Shown: positions 42,010 to 56,878, counted from the stretch's first letter. The stretch is 64,000 bases of DNA from Eledone cirrhosa (GCA_964016885.1 OZ024745.1:83018001-83082000), one strand, 5' to 3'. A program made the numbers and translations. Notes: generated by a model from the sequence alone, not told the origin.

Positions 42010-45000
42010 TAATAGTAATAAAATTGAAGACTAAAATCCAAAGAGTGCTCATAAGGATAAATATATATCAAATATATAAGAACCGTAGAGCAAATATTTA
42101 TTAAAATAACAGATTAAAGTTTAATCAAAGAATCGCTGCTTTCACCCTTAACGGGATCTTCTGAAACTAAAAAAGTCAATCTGTGAACCCAGAAGTAAAT
42201 ATTAAAAAAAACGTTGCAACCGGAGGAAGACAGAAAGACGATACTTTGGTTCGTGGAAACGTTCCTGGCAAAGAAAGGGAAAAAACATAGATAATACGTC
42301 ATTATTTGGAGCGGTGAAAAACAATTACACACAAAGACAGGGACCGTTTCCACGAACCAAAGTATCGTCTTCCTGTCTTCCGCCGGTTGCAACGTTTTTT
42401 TTAATATTTACTTCTGCGTTCACAGATTGACTTTTTTAGTTTCAGAAGATCCCGTTAAGGGTGAAACCAGCGATTTTTTGCTTAAACTTTAATCTGTTAT
42501 TTTAATAAATATTTGCTCTATGGTTCTTATATATTTGATATATATTTATCCTTATGAGCACTCTTTGGATTTTAGTCTTCAAATTTATTATTATTACTAT
42601 TTGGCTCCCTCGGTTGAGCACTCTATTGACTTATATTCATCATGCAGAAACAACATCTGAATATTTCTACAAAGAACATACCCGTACCAAGCAGGAAAAC
42701 ATACCTAAAACTCCTGATACAGAAAACAGACGCGTTCATTAAAAGGTTGCGTTGGCGTGCCTTTTATTCCGGTAATAAGGGAAAAGCTGACAACAAACAG
42801 GATAAATTTGGGTTTAAAACCTATAATAACCCTCCGAGTAACCCAGCATTGCTACCCTTCGAATATGATGTCTTGGAACTCATTCGGAGTAGCAAATTTT
42901 GGAATAGGAGCAATTCCTTCCAGCAGGACCTAAAGAATAGAATTCGTTCTCTTAAGGATTCTAATGCCGTGCACGTCCACTCCGACAAAACTGGCAATCT
43001 ATATCAAGTGGAGAACAGTACTTACCACCAACTGTTACATAATGCTGTAAATAAGGATTACCGTAAAACTAATCGGTGCGTCATCAATGAAAGCAACGAT
43101 GATGGGTTTAAAATCACCTCTGATCTCAACATCCTGGACTGGACTGAACCTCTGGACCCTATTTCTCCCCACTTTAGCCTGAAGGATCACAAATCCAATT
43201 TTCCGAACAACCCCTCTGTTCGGCTTATTAACCCTACGAAGTCCGATTTAGGTAGATTTAGTAAAAGGATTTTAGATAGAATTATACCTGAAATTAGACG
43301 TTTGCCCCCTCTTGCACTGTGGAACAATTCTTTCGCGGTGATTGATTGGTTCAACAGCATATGCAACAAGGAACATTGTCGTTTTATCCAATTCGACATC
43401 AATAATGTCTACTCCTCCATCACTTTACCACTTCTCCTTAGAGCTATCAATTTCGCTAAAACACTCACAGTGGTTAAGGATTTCGAAGTTGATGTGATCC
43501 TCAATTCCCGTAAGCCGGTGATTAATTTCGACGACTCTATTTGGATAAAAAAATCTAATAGTACCCCATTCGAGGTGAGTATGGGCGCCAGCGATTCTGC
43601 GGAGGTTACTGATCTTATCGTCCTTTTCCTTCTTTTCTCTATCAAGGAAGAATTCCCCAACGTCAGCGGGGGTTTGTACCGTGATGATGGTCTTTTGACC
43701 ATGACGAAGTGCGGCCCACGTGCTTGCGACAGGTTCAGAAAAGAACTCACAGCCTTCTTTAAAGAATTCAACCTCTCCATACAGGTTGAGGCCAACCTAT
43801 CGGTCGTTAATTACCTCGACGTTACCCTCGATTTGTCGAATGGCCTGCACTACCCGTATAGAAAGCCGAATGATACGCTTAATTACATAAGTAAGCATTC
43901 TAACCATCCTTCCAGCAAGAACCTGGTAAGAAACGTTTCTTTGAGGCTTTCCCGTCTATCTACTAACGAGCATATTTTCAACGACCATTCCACATATTAC
44001 AATGAAGCTCTTGCTCGGAGTGGATTTGTCGATAAGGTAGCATATACAGAGTACGCGAATAGACCTAGAAAAAAATAGATCCCGATACATTATATGGTAT
44101 AACCCACCATATAATATGGAGATGGCCACACCATTAACTAAGATCTTTCTTTCCCTTATTATGAAGCATTTTCCCCCAACACATAAATATAGTAACATTT
44201 TTAATAGAAATACCATTAAAATGTCTTACTCTACGACACCTAACCTTGCACATAACATCACAGCTTCGAATTTAGCTAAATTACCTAGCCGTAGGAACCC
44301 GTCAAACCCTGTAGCTAGTACTAACTGTAATTGTAGGAATCAGGTTAACTGCCCCCTATCCGGTAAATGCCTCTCTAGTAACATTGTCTACAAATGTAAG
44401 GTTGAAACACGCACGTCCCGTTGGGCCTATAGAGGGTTAACCGCCTATAGATTCAAGCAGCGTCTTTACATGCATACCCATTCTTTTTTTAACCCTTTAA
44501 GAAGGAATATGACGTCACTTTCAGCTTATATCTGGAGTCTAAAAGACAACCACACCCAATATAAGTTACACTGGGAGATCCTAGCTAGGGCTAGATCGTA
44601 TAAATGAAATAAAAGACCATGTGACCTCTGCGCCGCTGAGGCCCTGGAAATACTCTACGCCAAAGACCACATCTTAAACAAAAGATCTGAGGCAATTTCG
44701 GCTTGTAAACATAAATTGCACAAAACTTTCCTGTATTACAGCCCCACATTATACCCTAACGGATAGTACGAACTATACGCGGATATATTACGTCTTGATG
44801 TGGTAGCTAAGTATATGTTATGTTTATACCATTACTTATTTGTATAGGTAAGTATATATTACCTGTATGTTTTGTGAAGGTGCGTATACTTTCTCGTACG
44901 TATATTTTATTGTATATGTTATGGCGTTTATATATTATATATTCTGGTACATATGCATTTGGTTATGTGTATACGCGAGTTTTGCGTCTGTGTGAGTATG

Positions 45001-45657
45001 CGGATTCGTACGTATGTAAGGTGTGTGTATACGTGTACTTTGTGTTTTGGTTGACGTCGTCTCCGAAAATATGTGTATTTACATGTAGGTATGTGTGTGC
45101 GTATTTATTTATTTATATACGTTTATTTAATTATATGTATACACGCACACACACTCACACACATATATATATATATTTTTTTAATATATATTTTTATGTG
45201 TATTTGGTGTATACTTTCGTATGTGTGCGGGTACAGGCGTTGCGTGGGTTCTGTATGTGCGTGCGAGTTTTTTTCTGTGTACGTGCTTGTATTTGTATAC
45301 CTATGGCGAGTGTTTCCGCGTATGCTTGTGTATGTACGTATATGGATGCGTGTATGTATTTATTTCATTTCAATTACCTCTGTATTTTATTTACTTTATT
45401 CTTAACTCTGAAGCCGAGACTCATTCGGTTTCCTAGTTAGAATTTTAGTCTACGACTTCAGTTATACCAATTACGTGGTTTTGTCTTTGCGTGCAATTGT
45501 TCTTTCAGCTCCACATAATGACGTATTTTCTTCGTTTTAACCGTTCATTACCAGAGAACGTCTCCATGAACCACCTAATAGAATATTAGTCTACGACTTC
45601 TTTTATACCATAAACATGGTTTTCTCTTTGCCTGTAATTGTTTTCATCGCTCCAAAT
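42006..45657 (+). mobile_element. Near-complete Naiad-type Penelope-like element: inverted pLTR (42006-42345), direct pLTR (42346-42598), ORF, long TG-rich 3'UTR
   Basis: pLTR HHR motifs at 42118-42168 (-) and 42438-42488 (+); (TA)n on both flanks; ~140-bp sub-repeat in the 3'UTR. Confidence 0.92.
42642..44766 (+). pseudogene. Naiad-type PLE RT + GIY-YIG polyprotein; frameshift at the A-run near 44070 and in-frame TGA at 44605-44607
   Basis: STKNIPVPS, RLRWRA, SDKTGNLY, LKDHK..F..NP..RLINP.KS, FIQFDI, MGASDSAE, GLYRDDGL, NYLDVTLDL, SNHP; CNCR..CPL..KC, NIVY..AYRGLT, CDLC. Confidence 0.93.
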
Positions 45658-45671
45658 ATATATATATATAC

Positions 45672-46686
45672 TTATTAAAATAACAGATTAAAGTTTCAGC
45701 AAAGAATCGCTGTTTTCACCCTAACGGGATCTTCTGAAACTAACAAAGTCAATCTGTAAACGCAGAAGTGGATATTTCAAAAAACGTTGCAACCGGAGGA
45801 AGACAGGAAGACGATACTTTGGTTCGTGGAAACGTTCGCTGGCAAAGAACGGGAAAAAACGAATATAATATGTCATTAGTGGGAGCGGTGAAAAACAATT
45901 ACGAGCAAAGACAGAACCACGTCTATGGTATAAAAGAGGTCGTAGACTAATGTTCTCTTAGGTGGTTCATAGAGACGTTCTCTGGCAATGAACGAAAAAA
46001 ACGAAGATAATACGTCATATGTGGACCGTGGAGAACAATAGCACGCAAAGACAAAACCACGTAAATGGTATAGCAGAAGTCGTAGACTATAATTCTAACT
46101 AGGAGACCGAATGAATCTACGCTACAGAGTTAAGAACAAAGTAAATAAATACAATACAGAAGTAATAGAAATAAATAAATACATACACGCAAACAAATAC
46201 GTACATACACAAGCATACGCAGAACACTTACCATCGGTATACAAAACCACGCACATATAAATAAATGTGTGTGCGTAAGCGTGTATACAAATAAATAAAT
46301 AATTATATAAACGTATATAAATAAATAAATACGTATATAACAAGCGCACACACATACCTACATGTAAATACACGAATGTTCGGAGACGTAAGTCAACCAA
46401 AACAAACGTACGAACTTGCATACTTACACAGACGCAAAACTCCCGTATACACATAGCCAAACCATATGTACCAGAATATATAAAAATATACGCCATAACA
46501 TAAACAATCAAATATACGTACGAGAAGGTATACGTACCTTCACAAAACATACGGGTAAAATATACTTACCTATGCAAATATGTAATGGTATAAACAAAAC
46601 ATACTTAGCTCCCACATCAAGACGTAAAATATCCATGGATATTTTACTTCTTGATGTGGGAGCTAAGTATGTTTTGTTTATACCAA
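45672..46686 (-). mobile_element. Second, diverged 5'-truncated copy of the same Naiad 3'UTR + pLTR, with short 5' fold-back (46649-46686)
   Basis: Inverted homologue of 44775-45657 extending through the HHR (45690-45740). Confidence 0.85.
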
Positions 46687-47269
46687 GTGGAAACTTTCTA
46701 TATTCCGTGCACCGGGGCCACGGGACGGACAGTGCGTGGGCTCATAATACTGAGGGATGAGGAGAGGGGGAAAGACGGAAGCAGTGGCAGTAGCAGTTTG
46801 ATTCCTTTATGTTCGAACTGGTGCATATGTATATATCATTTACCGCAACATACCTGTATGCTTGTCAAACAAAGAAAAACAGTGAATGAGAATTGGGAAT
46901 TTAAAGCTGTACGCGGATGTCTTCTGTCATTAACGAAACCACGAGTCTGTTGACCTATTGATATCACAGGCGGACGTGATCGATATGTGTCGTATCTTGA
47001 GGTTATCAATAGCGAAACGCGCATCACACATGAATAAATTCTATGATGATACTTTAACACTTCGTTCCTACTCATTATTATTAACACTCTGCTTATGAAG
47101 GAGACTGACGATAGTATAACACGAAATGTACAAGACTACGTACTTTACTAAACCAGATCCGCCTATGCATCGATTACTTAAGTTGGTGACCCAATAGTCA
47201 CGCAAATTTACAAACCATTAAACTATATTTTTTTTTCTTCACATTCATATATATATATATAGTATTAAC

Positions 47270-47523
47270 TTTAATTTTAACTTTAATTTTGTCCTTTAAT
47301 ATGACTGTAACCTTTGTATGTAAATTGCTACGCTATATTATTATGATGGATGTCAACCCACCGTGGGTCAATATATACATATGTTTTTATATGTCTCTTG
47401 TGTTGATAAGGAGGTCAAGTATGTAAAAATCACTAAATAGTTGCTCCGAAGAAACCAAACCTCGATTTGGAGGAAACAATTGTAAGCAAATAAATGATTT
47501 AAACTGAACTTTGATTCATGTAA

Positions 47524-47530
<7 letters not shown>
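47270..47530 (+). mobile_element. Diverged family F pLTR; U4C HHR at 47442-47489
   Basis: TTGCT CCGAAGA ..CCAAA..TTTGG.. GAAA C-AATT-G TA AGCAA. Confidence 0.7.
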
Positions 47531-47600
<70 letters not shown>

Positions 47601-47628
47601 CAAGTAAGTTTATATATATATATATATA

Positions 47629-47733
47629 TGTCAGGACCCCGACGACTGAGCTCCGGCCGTTTCGACAGTTCGATCCGTATAGTACTCTGGTGCGTTATGA
47701 TCCACCTGGTATCTTACCACACTTTCTTTGTTA
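47629..47733 (+). mobile_element. Family D-related fragment with inverted 5' part
   Basis: GACCCCGACG..GAGCTC..GCCGTTTCGAC followed by AGTACTCTGGTGCGTTATG..CTTACCAC. Confidence 0.6.
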
Positions 47734-48369
47734 TATATATATACAATGAACACAAAACATCTCTGTGAATAATTCAAGATTCTGACGTTGACTTAATGTA
47801 GATACAACTGCCATATTTTGCGTGTTTATATGTTCAATAATTATGTTTATATAAACATCTACGCAGTTTTGGTTAATCTGCTTCCGTATCAGTACAGGGA
47901 TGAAAGTATTGAATATACTTGCTGATTAATGTACAATTGAATATACAGGGGATTTAGTTATAGCATAATAATAACGATCTGCAAATTGGTACCTCCAGTT
48001 CGCTGTTGCTATTAAAATGTATAGGCTTCTAAAGCGATTAGTTGCGCACTTCTCAGTGGTAGGGCGATGTTGTAGACATCTCTGATGGAATTCTAATAAG
48101 AATCTAAAATCGATTAAAGCAGTTCATCATTTTTCCAATCTGCGGTCAAATGCGTAAATAAGGAATGATTACCTGTTTACATATTCAATATGATAGTTCA
48201 TACACACAGATACACACGCGCACACACAGACACACATATATATATATTTATATGCAAGTTTAGAAGACATAATGTGTGGCGTCGGATAGTAAATCAAATT
48301 GGAAAAGGAATGGAATGAATCCATCGGAACAAATAACTATTTCCTATCTTAAGTCATCCATCCTGGGCG

Positions 48370-48443
48370 CAGATATCAAGGGATATCACAGATATCAAGA
48401 GATATCACAGATATCAAGGGATATCATAGATATCAAATATCAG
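48370..48443 (+). repeat. GATATC-based minisatellite (alternating 9/10-bp units)
   Basis: Seven GATATC hexamers in tandem. Confidence 0.8.
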
Positions 48444-48450
48444 AAATTTC

Positions 48451-48581
<131 letters not shown>

Positions 48582-48602
48582 TAAACACACATATATATAT
48601 AC

Positions 48603-48654
<52 letters not shown>

Positions 48655-49364
48655 AAATGTGTGTAATCCTTGGTACAGTTAGGTATATTAAGACAGGGGG
48701 GAAGAAAAAATGGCTTCACTTGTGCTTTCAACAAATTTATTTTCTTCACAAAATCCAAAAAGAATTTTTCTTAAAAAATTTATTTTATAAATTAAGTTGT
48801 TGGTTGTTGGTTAGGTCTTAGGAGTTCTTGGTTAACGTAGGAGGTATTGTTTCGTTTTTAGAAAGACCTTTCACGCTGAGGTGCGCTTGTCAAACTGATG
48901 TGTATGTGGTGTGTTGTTCTATATATAGGGATTTAACATGTCTGTGGTGTGGTGGGGGTTTCTTTTCTCCCCCTTTAATAAGTGCATGGGTGTAGGTGTG
49001 TTGAAAAAGTGTTCATAGCAGTAATGAGTTGAGACGGTGAGTAGGGTTGGGTGGGGAGAAATGTAGCAAGTGCGGCCTGCCCCGGTCATTCTCGAAAAAT
49101 TCCTTTATTCAGAGGAAAAAGCATTTAGCATTGCTTTTGTGTTGAGAATGGTCACAGGCAAATCGCACCTGTCAAGTTTGTGAATAATTATTTTTTTCTT
49201 CTTTTTTTCCTGAAGAATTTTTCTACGTCCATCCCAAAGTTAATCCTTTGTTCAACACACACATATGTGCGCATATACGTACATACACACACGGGCATAT
49301 GTAGGAATATACAGGCACACACCATCAATCACACACCCATGCACAAATACATCCATACATATAT

Positions 49365-49407
<43 letters not shown>

Positions 49408-49571
49408 CATATAAACATACACACACATATACACACACACATATATACATATATATACACACACACATATATATATATACATACATATATACATACATAT
49501 ACATACATACATATACATACATATACACACATAAAGATACATAACTAAATATACATATATACACATACACG

Positions 49572-49602
<31 letters not shown>

Positions 49603-49742
49603 GCACGTGTATATACACACGCACACACACACACACATATACATATGTCCGTATATATACCCCTCCGTTCACACATACATGCATACACACACACACATAC
49701 ACACATACATCTATATATATATACACATATAAAGAGAGAGGC

Positions 49743-49828
<86 letters not shown>

Positions 49829-49835
<7 letters not shown>

Positions 49836-50741
49836 AAGAATCAAAGAACTGTTCAAAACATTATTGTGCTTACAGCTGTTTCCTCCAAACCGAGGTTTGG
49901 ATTCTTCGGAGCAATTTATTAATGCATGGACAGTTATATGACCTCCTTTTCAGTCGAGAGACATACCAATACATAATCAAACATTGATACATATTCAAAC
50001 ATTGAGGGTCAACATTCATTACAGAATTTAGAGTGGCAGTACACACTTTGAGATTACATTTATATTAATAGGTACAATCAAAAATCAAGGATATAGGTTA
50101 AAGTACAACATGAAGATAAGTGGTTATATAGTGCAAATGTTATATGTGTGGCACGCATGTGCGTCTTGTTTATATAGTGTGGCAGAGAGATATGTGTGGT
50201 AGAGGCACTTTATCTCTCTGCCACACTATATAAACAAGACGCACATGCGTGCCACACATATAACATTTGCACTATATAACCACTTATCTTCATGTTGTAC
50301 TTTAACCTATATCCTTGATTTTTGATTGTACCTATTAATATAAATGTAATCTCAAAGTGTGTACTGCCACTCTAAATTCTGTAATGAATGTTGACCCTCA
50401 ATGTTTGAATATGTATCAATGTTTGAATATGTATTGGTATGTCTCTCGACTGAAAAGGAGGTCATATAACTGTCCATGCATTAATAAATTGCTCCGAAGA
50501 ATCCAAACCTCGGTTTGGAGGAAACAGCTGTAAGCACAATAATGTTTTGAACAGTTCTTTGATTCTTATATTTCATATAACTGCTCTGTAAATCATCTGA
50601 TGTTTTTACATTGAGCTACTTAACTTACTGGTAATAAGGTAGTAATACATTACTGCCTACCACTATTTAGGGTGTGTGTAAAATACTTACAACTGCTTAA
50701 GGTTTTGTGTTTACATAACCATAAATAGTATAACTAATACT
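49829..50741. mobile_element. Family F pLTR fold-back insertion (arms 49829-50192 / 50211-50577) with U4C HHRs at 49867-49913 (-) and 50490-50536 (+)
   Basis: Near-perfect palindrome; absent from the paralogous (TA)n at ~57005-57032. Confidence 0.85.
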
Positions 50742-50917
50742 ATATATATATATATATATATACACATGTATATATATATATATATACATATACATACATA
50801 CACATACACATACACATACATATATGTACACATAAACACATACAGACACATACACACATATACACATACACATACACATACATATATATCCATATATATA
50901 TATATACACAGACATAT

Positions 50918-50964
<47 letters not shown>

Positions 50965-51029
50965 CATACACATACACATACACATACAAGTACATACATA
51001 CACACATACATACATACACATACAGGTAC

Positions 51030-51064
<35 letters not shown>

Positions 51065-51589
51065 GTTAAAAGAATAGAGGTGTAACACACAAGTTCTTAT
51101 ATATTGGTAAACGGAATAGAAAATGCTGACAAATTGTTCACAGTTGAAAAATGGTTTAATTAGGAATAAAAGAGTATTAGTGATTGTATGGGTTAGTATT
51201 CAGTTGTGGTTTTAAGTTTTTCAGCTTTTACCGGTTGCGCATTTCTAAATGCTTTTCAAAAATAATTTTGAGATAGAGTGTCCGTGCTGTTTGCTCTGAT
51301 CTGATTAGTTTTGGGAATTCTACCTGTTTTTATGTTAAAAAAGTGGCTCCAGCGTTATTTTTGTGTTGCAAAAATGCTTGTGGTCAAAACAATTTTGATT
51401 GGTCGGTAGAGGTCATGTGAATGTAAAAAGTTGATTTTGCGCCAAGACTGTTTTTATGTTAAAAAAAGTGGCTCCAGCAAAAATTCTTGGTCAAAACAAT
51501 TTTGATTGGTCGGTAGAGGTCATGTGGATAAAAAATTGGTTTTGCGCCAAGATTGAGAAATGACTCTTTCACAACAAATATGTGTGTGT

Positions 51590-51683
<94 letters not shown>

Positions 51684-52259
51684 TAGTAGTAGTAAGGTGT
51701 TCGATGCTGCGACAATGGCCAGCAGCGATGTGTGTCAAATGGCTATTAAGATAAGTGTGCGTCTAAACACTTCTCCCTAAGACGAACCCACAACATACAC
51801 ACGTCAACATACATACCTACATCAGCACACATCTCTACCCACATATAAACACAATGACACACGTAAACACACATGCTCTATGGTGCAATACAAAGAAATA
51901 TGTGTGCATATATATGTATGTATGTATATATGTATATATATATATATATGTAGTGGATATATGTATGTGTGTATATATATATAGTGAATATCATTTCACA
52001 CCTTTTATTGTTAAGATTTTTGATGTTCTATTAAGAGAACCGATTTTACTGAAAAAATCGAATAATGTACACCATTTTACCAGGGGGAAAAAATACTGGT
52101 CCACCCACACACACACACACACATATACACAAACACATACACACGCGTACATCAACATACAAAGAGACTTATACACACACACACACACACACACACACGC
52201 GCACTTCTCCGTATAAGACAAAAGCTGAAAAATATCTTTTGACCTTCGAATGACTCTGC

Positions 52260-52314
<55 letters not shown>

Positions 52315-52385
52315 ATCTTAATAGCCATTTGACACACATCGCTGCTGGCCATTGTCGCAGCATCGAACACCTTACTACTACTACT

Positions 52386-52420
<35 letters not shown>

Positions 52421-52915
52421 CACATACACACACACACACACATATTTGTTGTGAAAGAGTCATTTCTCAATCTTGGCGCAAAACCAATTTTTTATCCACA
52501 TGACCTCTACCGACCAATCAAAATTGTTTTGACCAAGAATTTTTGCTGGAGCCACTTTTTTAACATAACAGTCTTGGCGCAAAATCAACTTTTTACATTC
52601 ACATGACCTCTACCGACCAATCAAAATTGTTTTGACCACAAGCATTTTTGCAACACAAAGATAACGCTGGAGCCACTTTTTTAACATAAAAACAGGTAGA
52701 ATTCCCAAAACTAATCAGATCAGAGCAAACAGCACGGACACTCTATCTCAAAATTATTTTTGAAAAGCATTTAGAAATGCGCAACCGGTAAAAGCTTAAA
52801 AACTTAAAACCACAACTGAATACTAACCCATACAATCACTAATACTCTTTTATTCCTAATTAAACCATTTTTCAACTGTGAACAATTTGTCAGCATTTTC
52901 TATTCCGTTTACCAA
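51065..52915. mobile_element. Fold-back pLTR-type insertion (arms ~51100-51770 / ~52305-52915) with degenerate U3:A8 HHR
   Basis: TTT TTGAAAA GCATT-TAGA-AATGC GCAA CCGG TA AAA at 52757-52793, mirrored near 51226-51262; internal ~110-bp sub-repeat. Confidence 0.65.
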
Positions 52916-53246
52916 TATATATATATATATATATACATATATACATACATATATATATACATATATATACACACATACACACACATACATACACACATAC
53001 ATATATACATATATATATATGTGCGTACACACGAGCACATAAAGACACATATACACATACACATACATATACATATATATACACATATATATACACATAC
53101 ATCTACATACATACATACATATACACAAACAGAAACATACACATATGTACACACATATATACATATATGCACATACATACACACACACACACATATATAT
53201 AGGTACATACACATACATACACACACACATAAACATACATATCTAT

Positions 53247-53319
<73 letters not shown>

Positions 53320-53372
53320 TATATACAAACATACACATACATACATGTACATATACACATATATACACACAT

Positions 53373-53425
<53 letters not shown>

Positions 53426-53460
53426 CACACACACACATAAAAACATACACACATCCATAC

Positions 53461-53506
<46 letters not shown>

Positions 53507-53652
53507 CCACATACATATATACCCACACGTACATACATCCATACATCCCTACACACATATGTGTGTGTTTCACCGTTCACTCAGATATTCATGTGTATAC
53601 ATAAGAAGAGGGGGGGGGGTTGTGAAATGGAATTTTACCTCCGAGTGTTAAT

Positions 53653-56600
53653 TCATTTTTTCGTGTTCAGTAGTGGTTTAAATTTTTCAATGAAGAATTC
53701 TTCTTTATATCTGCGGAAATGTTCGTTATCCGACCATATCTTGAAGAAAGGGCAGATTGTGAATTTTCCCTTCCCGCATGATGCAAAGTGTGCGCTACAT
53801 GTGGTATTTCCGACTGTGGGGTCTTTAATCTGTTGTTTATGTACCCGGACTCTATCATGTAATCCCGTTCCGGTTTCCCCAATGTAATACTCTTTACACT
53901 GTGGACATGTTGCGCAATATATTAGGTTTTTCGTTTTGCAGTTCATGTTAGCATTGACCTTGAAATTATCATGGTTTTTGAAGGACAACTGTTTGCCCTC
54001 TTCGATGAGTTCACAGGTTCCACATCTAGGGTCCCCGTATTTCGGCGTCTGCTATAAATTATCTGTGTGTTTTTTAAAAGTGCATTCATTTCGGTAGATT
54101 GCTGTAGAATCGGGAGATACTGCTTAGCAGTTTTCACAATGTTGATGTTCCCTGGGTTGTGTGTGATGACAAAAGAGATAGCAGGGTTTTCTTTTTTATG
54201 TTGTGGGTTTGGTTTTCTCAGTGTTGTTATTGGGATGTTCTTAGCCTTGGAGATGGCTGCGTTGATGAGTTTCATCGGGTATTCTTGTTTTTTAAGGAAT
54301 TTTTTCAGGTCACATAATCTTTTTTCTTGTAGTACGGGGTGTGTTGCTATAGTGCAGATGCGCCTTGCCATGTTGAAGGGAATGTTCCTTTTCGTATGTG
54401 AGGGGTGTGCTGACCGGAAATTTAAGTATTGGTGTGTGTCAGTGGGTTTGCAAAATAGGTCCGTTATGATATTTTCCCCTTCTTTAATGATGAGGATATC
54501 TAGAAAGGGCAGTTCCTTTTCGTTACATTCCATAGTGAATTGTATGGCTTCATGAAGCCTGTTTAGGATTTTATAAAATTTTTGTAGGTCTGTTTGGCTT
54601 CTGTTCAAGAAGATGAAGCAGTCATCTAGGTAACGTTTCCAGTTTTTATTAATGTAGAAGGCGAAGTCGTGACTGAATGTTATCTGTAGTTGGGAATATA
54701 ATTTTGCCTCTAAGTGACCCATAACGAGCGTTGCATATGTAGGGGCCACTTTGGTACCCATGGCTGTTCCTTTTATTTGTAGATAAAGTTCGTTGTCAAA
54801 GAGGAAGTGGTTGTTTTCCAATACTAATTTAAGTCCTTCCAAGATGAATTCTTTGGGGAATCTTTCTGAAATGTGACTTGAGTGTTTTGTAATCCAGAAG
54901 TCCACAGCTTCAATCCCTAGGTCGTGTGGGATGTTAGTGTACAGGCTTATTACATCGAAACTGACTAGGATTGTATCCTGGTGTACTTTTTGGGGGATAT
55001 AGTTAAGGAATTCCATATCATCTCTGATGTAGCTTGGAACTTTTTTACATAGGGGTTTGAGTATGATGTCTAATAGGTTGCTTAGACGTTGTGTGCTTGA
55101 GGCTGGGCCAGCAATAATGGGGCGTAATTTTAAGTCTGTCGGTTTTGGTGCTTCGATGTATGATGTATTTTTCCCTTTTATCTTGTTTTGGATTTCTATG
55201 GATTTGTGAATTTTTGGTAATCCATAGAAATTGCTGGTTTTCATTTCGAAGTTGGTTAGGTAATCTACTTCTTTTGGTGTTAGGTTGTTTTGGTACTTTG
55301 TTGTTAGTTTGCCTATTTGGTTCCTCGATTTCCTTTCTTCGTTTTTAATGATTTTCCTGTAGAAGTTTTGGTCATTCAAGTGTGCTAGGACCATATCTTT
55401 GTAGTGGTTTGTGTCCATGATGACGATTGCTCCACCTTTGTCCGCTTCTTTTATTATTATTGAGGAATCTCTTTGTAGCTTGTTCAATGCTAGTAGTTGG
55501 TCTGTAGGGATGTTGCATTTGTGTTTCGTCTCGGCCGTATTTGTACGTGCTGATCGGCGAAGGCAGGTTATGTATTCCTCCAGGTATTTATCTCTATTTA
55601 GCGGGGGTGTGAAGTTCTTTTTGTTTTTCACCAGTGATTCTTCCTCGTATTGTACACCCTGGAAGAATTCTCCTAAGCGTAATTTTCGACAGAATTCTTC
55701 TGTGTCTTTTATAACATCGGCTGTATCTGCTTTCGGAGTGGGAGTGAACTTCAGTCCATTTTCTAACAGTTGTATTTCTGGTTGTGTTAATTTCTTGGCT
55801 GATATATTGATTATTTTTGGTTCGATTGGTTCTTTCTCGTCAGGTGCCACTTGAAAGGTGGTGCTTTTTTCTTTTTTTCTTTCATTTGGTGCGAGGCCCC
55901 TAGTCCTAAAAAATGGGTGCCATTTGGGATAGGGGTGTTTCTGTTGTGGTGAAACCTTTGGCCCGTCGGAACTTCATGTCGGTAACTGGTTGGGCGATAG
56001 ACTCTTGCGTGGCCGTTGCTGTATGGGGGTCTGGTTCTTCTGTTGATTCGTTCAGTATTCATGTGTCTTTGATTTTGTCTCCGGTGATTGTTCTTGGTGT
56101 TATGGCAGTGGTTGTATCTGGTTCTGGTGTTGAGTATTGGGTCTGTATGTAGTTGTGTGTTCGGGGTTACCCAATATCTGGTTGTTGTTGGTTTATTGTG
56201 TGTGGGTGCTTCATTTCTTGTGTTGTTGTATTTTCCTGAGTTCTGGGGTTTCCTATGGGTTTGTTTTCTGGGTTTTATTTGGTCTTTCCCATAGTTATCT
56301 TCATATTCTTGAAGCCATTGAGTTCTTGACTCCAAGATTTTCTTTGATTTTAACTCCTCTCTAGTTGTATCTGTCTGCCACAGGTTAAGGAGTTTTTCAC
56401 GTACATTGCCGCTGCTTCTTTTGTTTATTTCCTTTTGGATGGTGGTGTCGCATTTTTCAAATTTCTCTTTGAATTTTGGAACTCTTAGGCGGAGTAGGGT
56501 GATTTCGGTCTCAAGTGTTTGGAGTGCTAGATTTAGTCTTGTTGCAGTTTCTTCCTTTGAATCCGATGGTATTTCTTTAATTCGGAATTTTCTCGGGAGG

Positions 56601-56690
56601 ATAACTGGTTCCTTGCTACGCCATATTTCGTATGTGTCTGCTAGGTTTTCACTCCTCAAGGCTTTCCAGTATGCCTGTTTCCTTTGATTT
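53653..56690 (-). pseudogene. Neptune-type PLE polyprotein (N-terminal region, RT, GIY-YIG), split in three frames
   Basis: GLKFTPTP, ADKGGAIV, FYGLPKIHK, RPII, FDVISLYTNIP, GTAMG, RYLDD, LPFLD and KPTD..QYL..HP.H; NCKTKNLIYCATCPQCKEYYIGETG with CxxC between the GIY and YIG motifs. Confidence 0.93.
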
Positions 56691-56833
56691 AATAATGTAT
56701 GTGTGTGTATGTGTGTATATATATGTATATATATATATGTATGTATATATGTATATATATATATATGTATGTATGCACCTGTATGTGTATGTATGTATGT
56801 GTGTATGTATGTACTTGTATGTGTATGTGTATG

Positions 56834-56878
<45 letters not shown>

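Noticed and set aside
44605-44607. In-frame TGA in the Naiad ORF as a selenocysteine codon (some Naiads encode selenoproteins)
   Set aside because: It aligns with Gly/Gln, not Cys, in the paralogous fragments (YKGG, YQQN); the conserved Cys codons are TGT/TGC; no SECIS was recognised. More likely a nonsense mutation.
46690-46900. GC-richer segment as a host exon
   Set aside because: No recognisable protein in any frame and no convincing splice-site pair
53545-53590. HHR after the Neptune ORF (minus strand: CTGAGTGA..GAAA CACAC..GTGTG TA)
   Set aside because: Core spacing is wrong, stem II and stem I do not pair, and stem III could be microsatellite-derived
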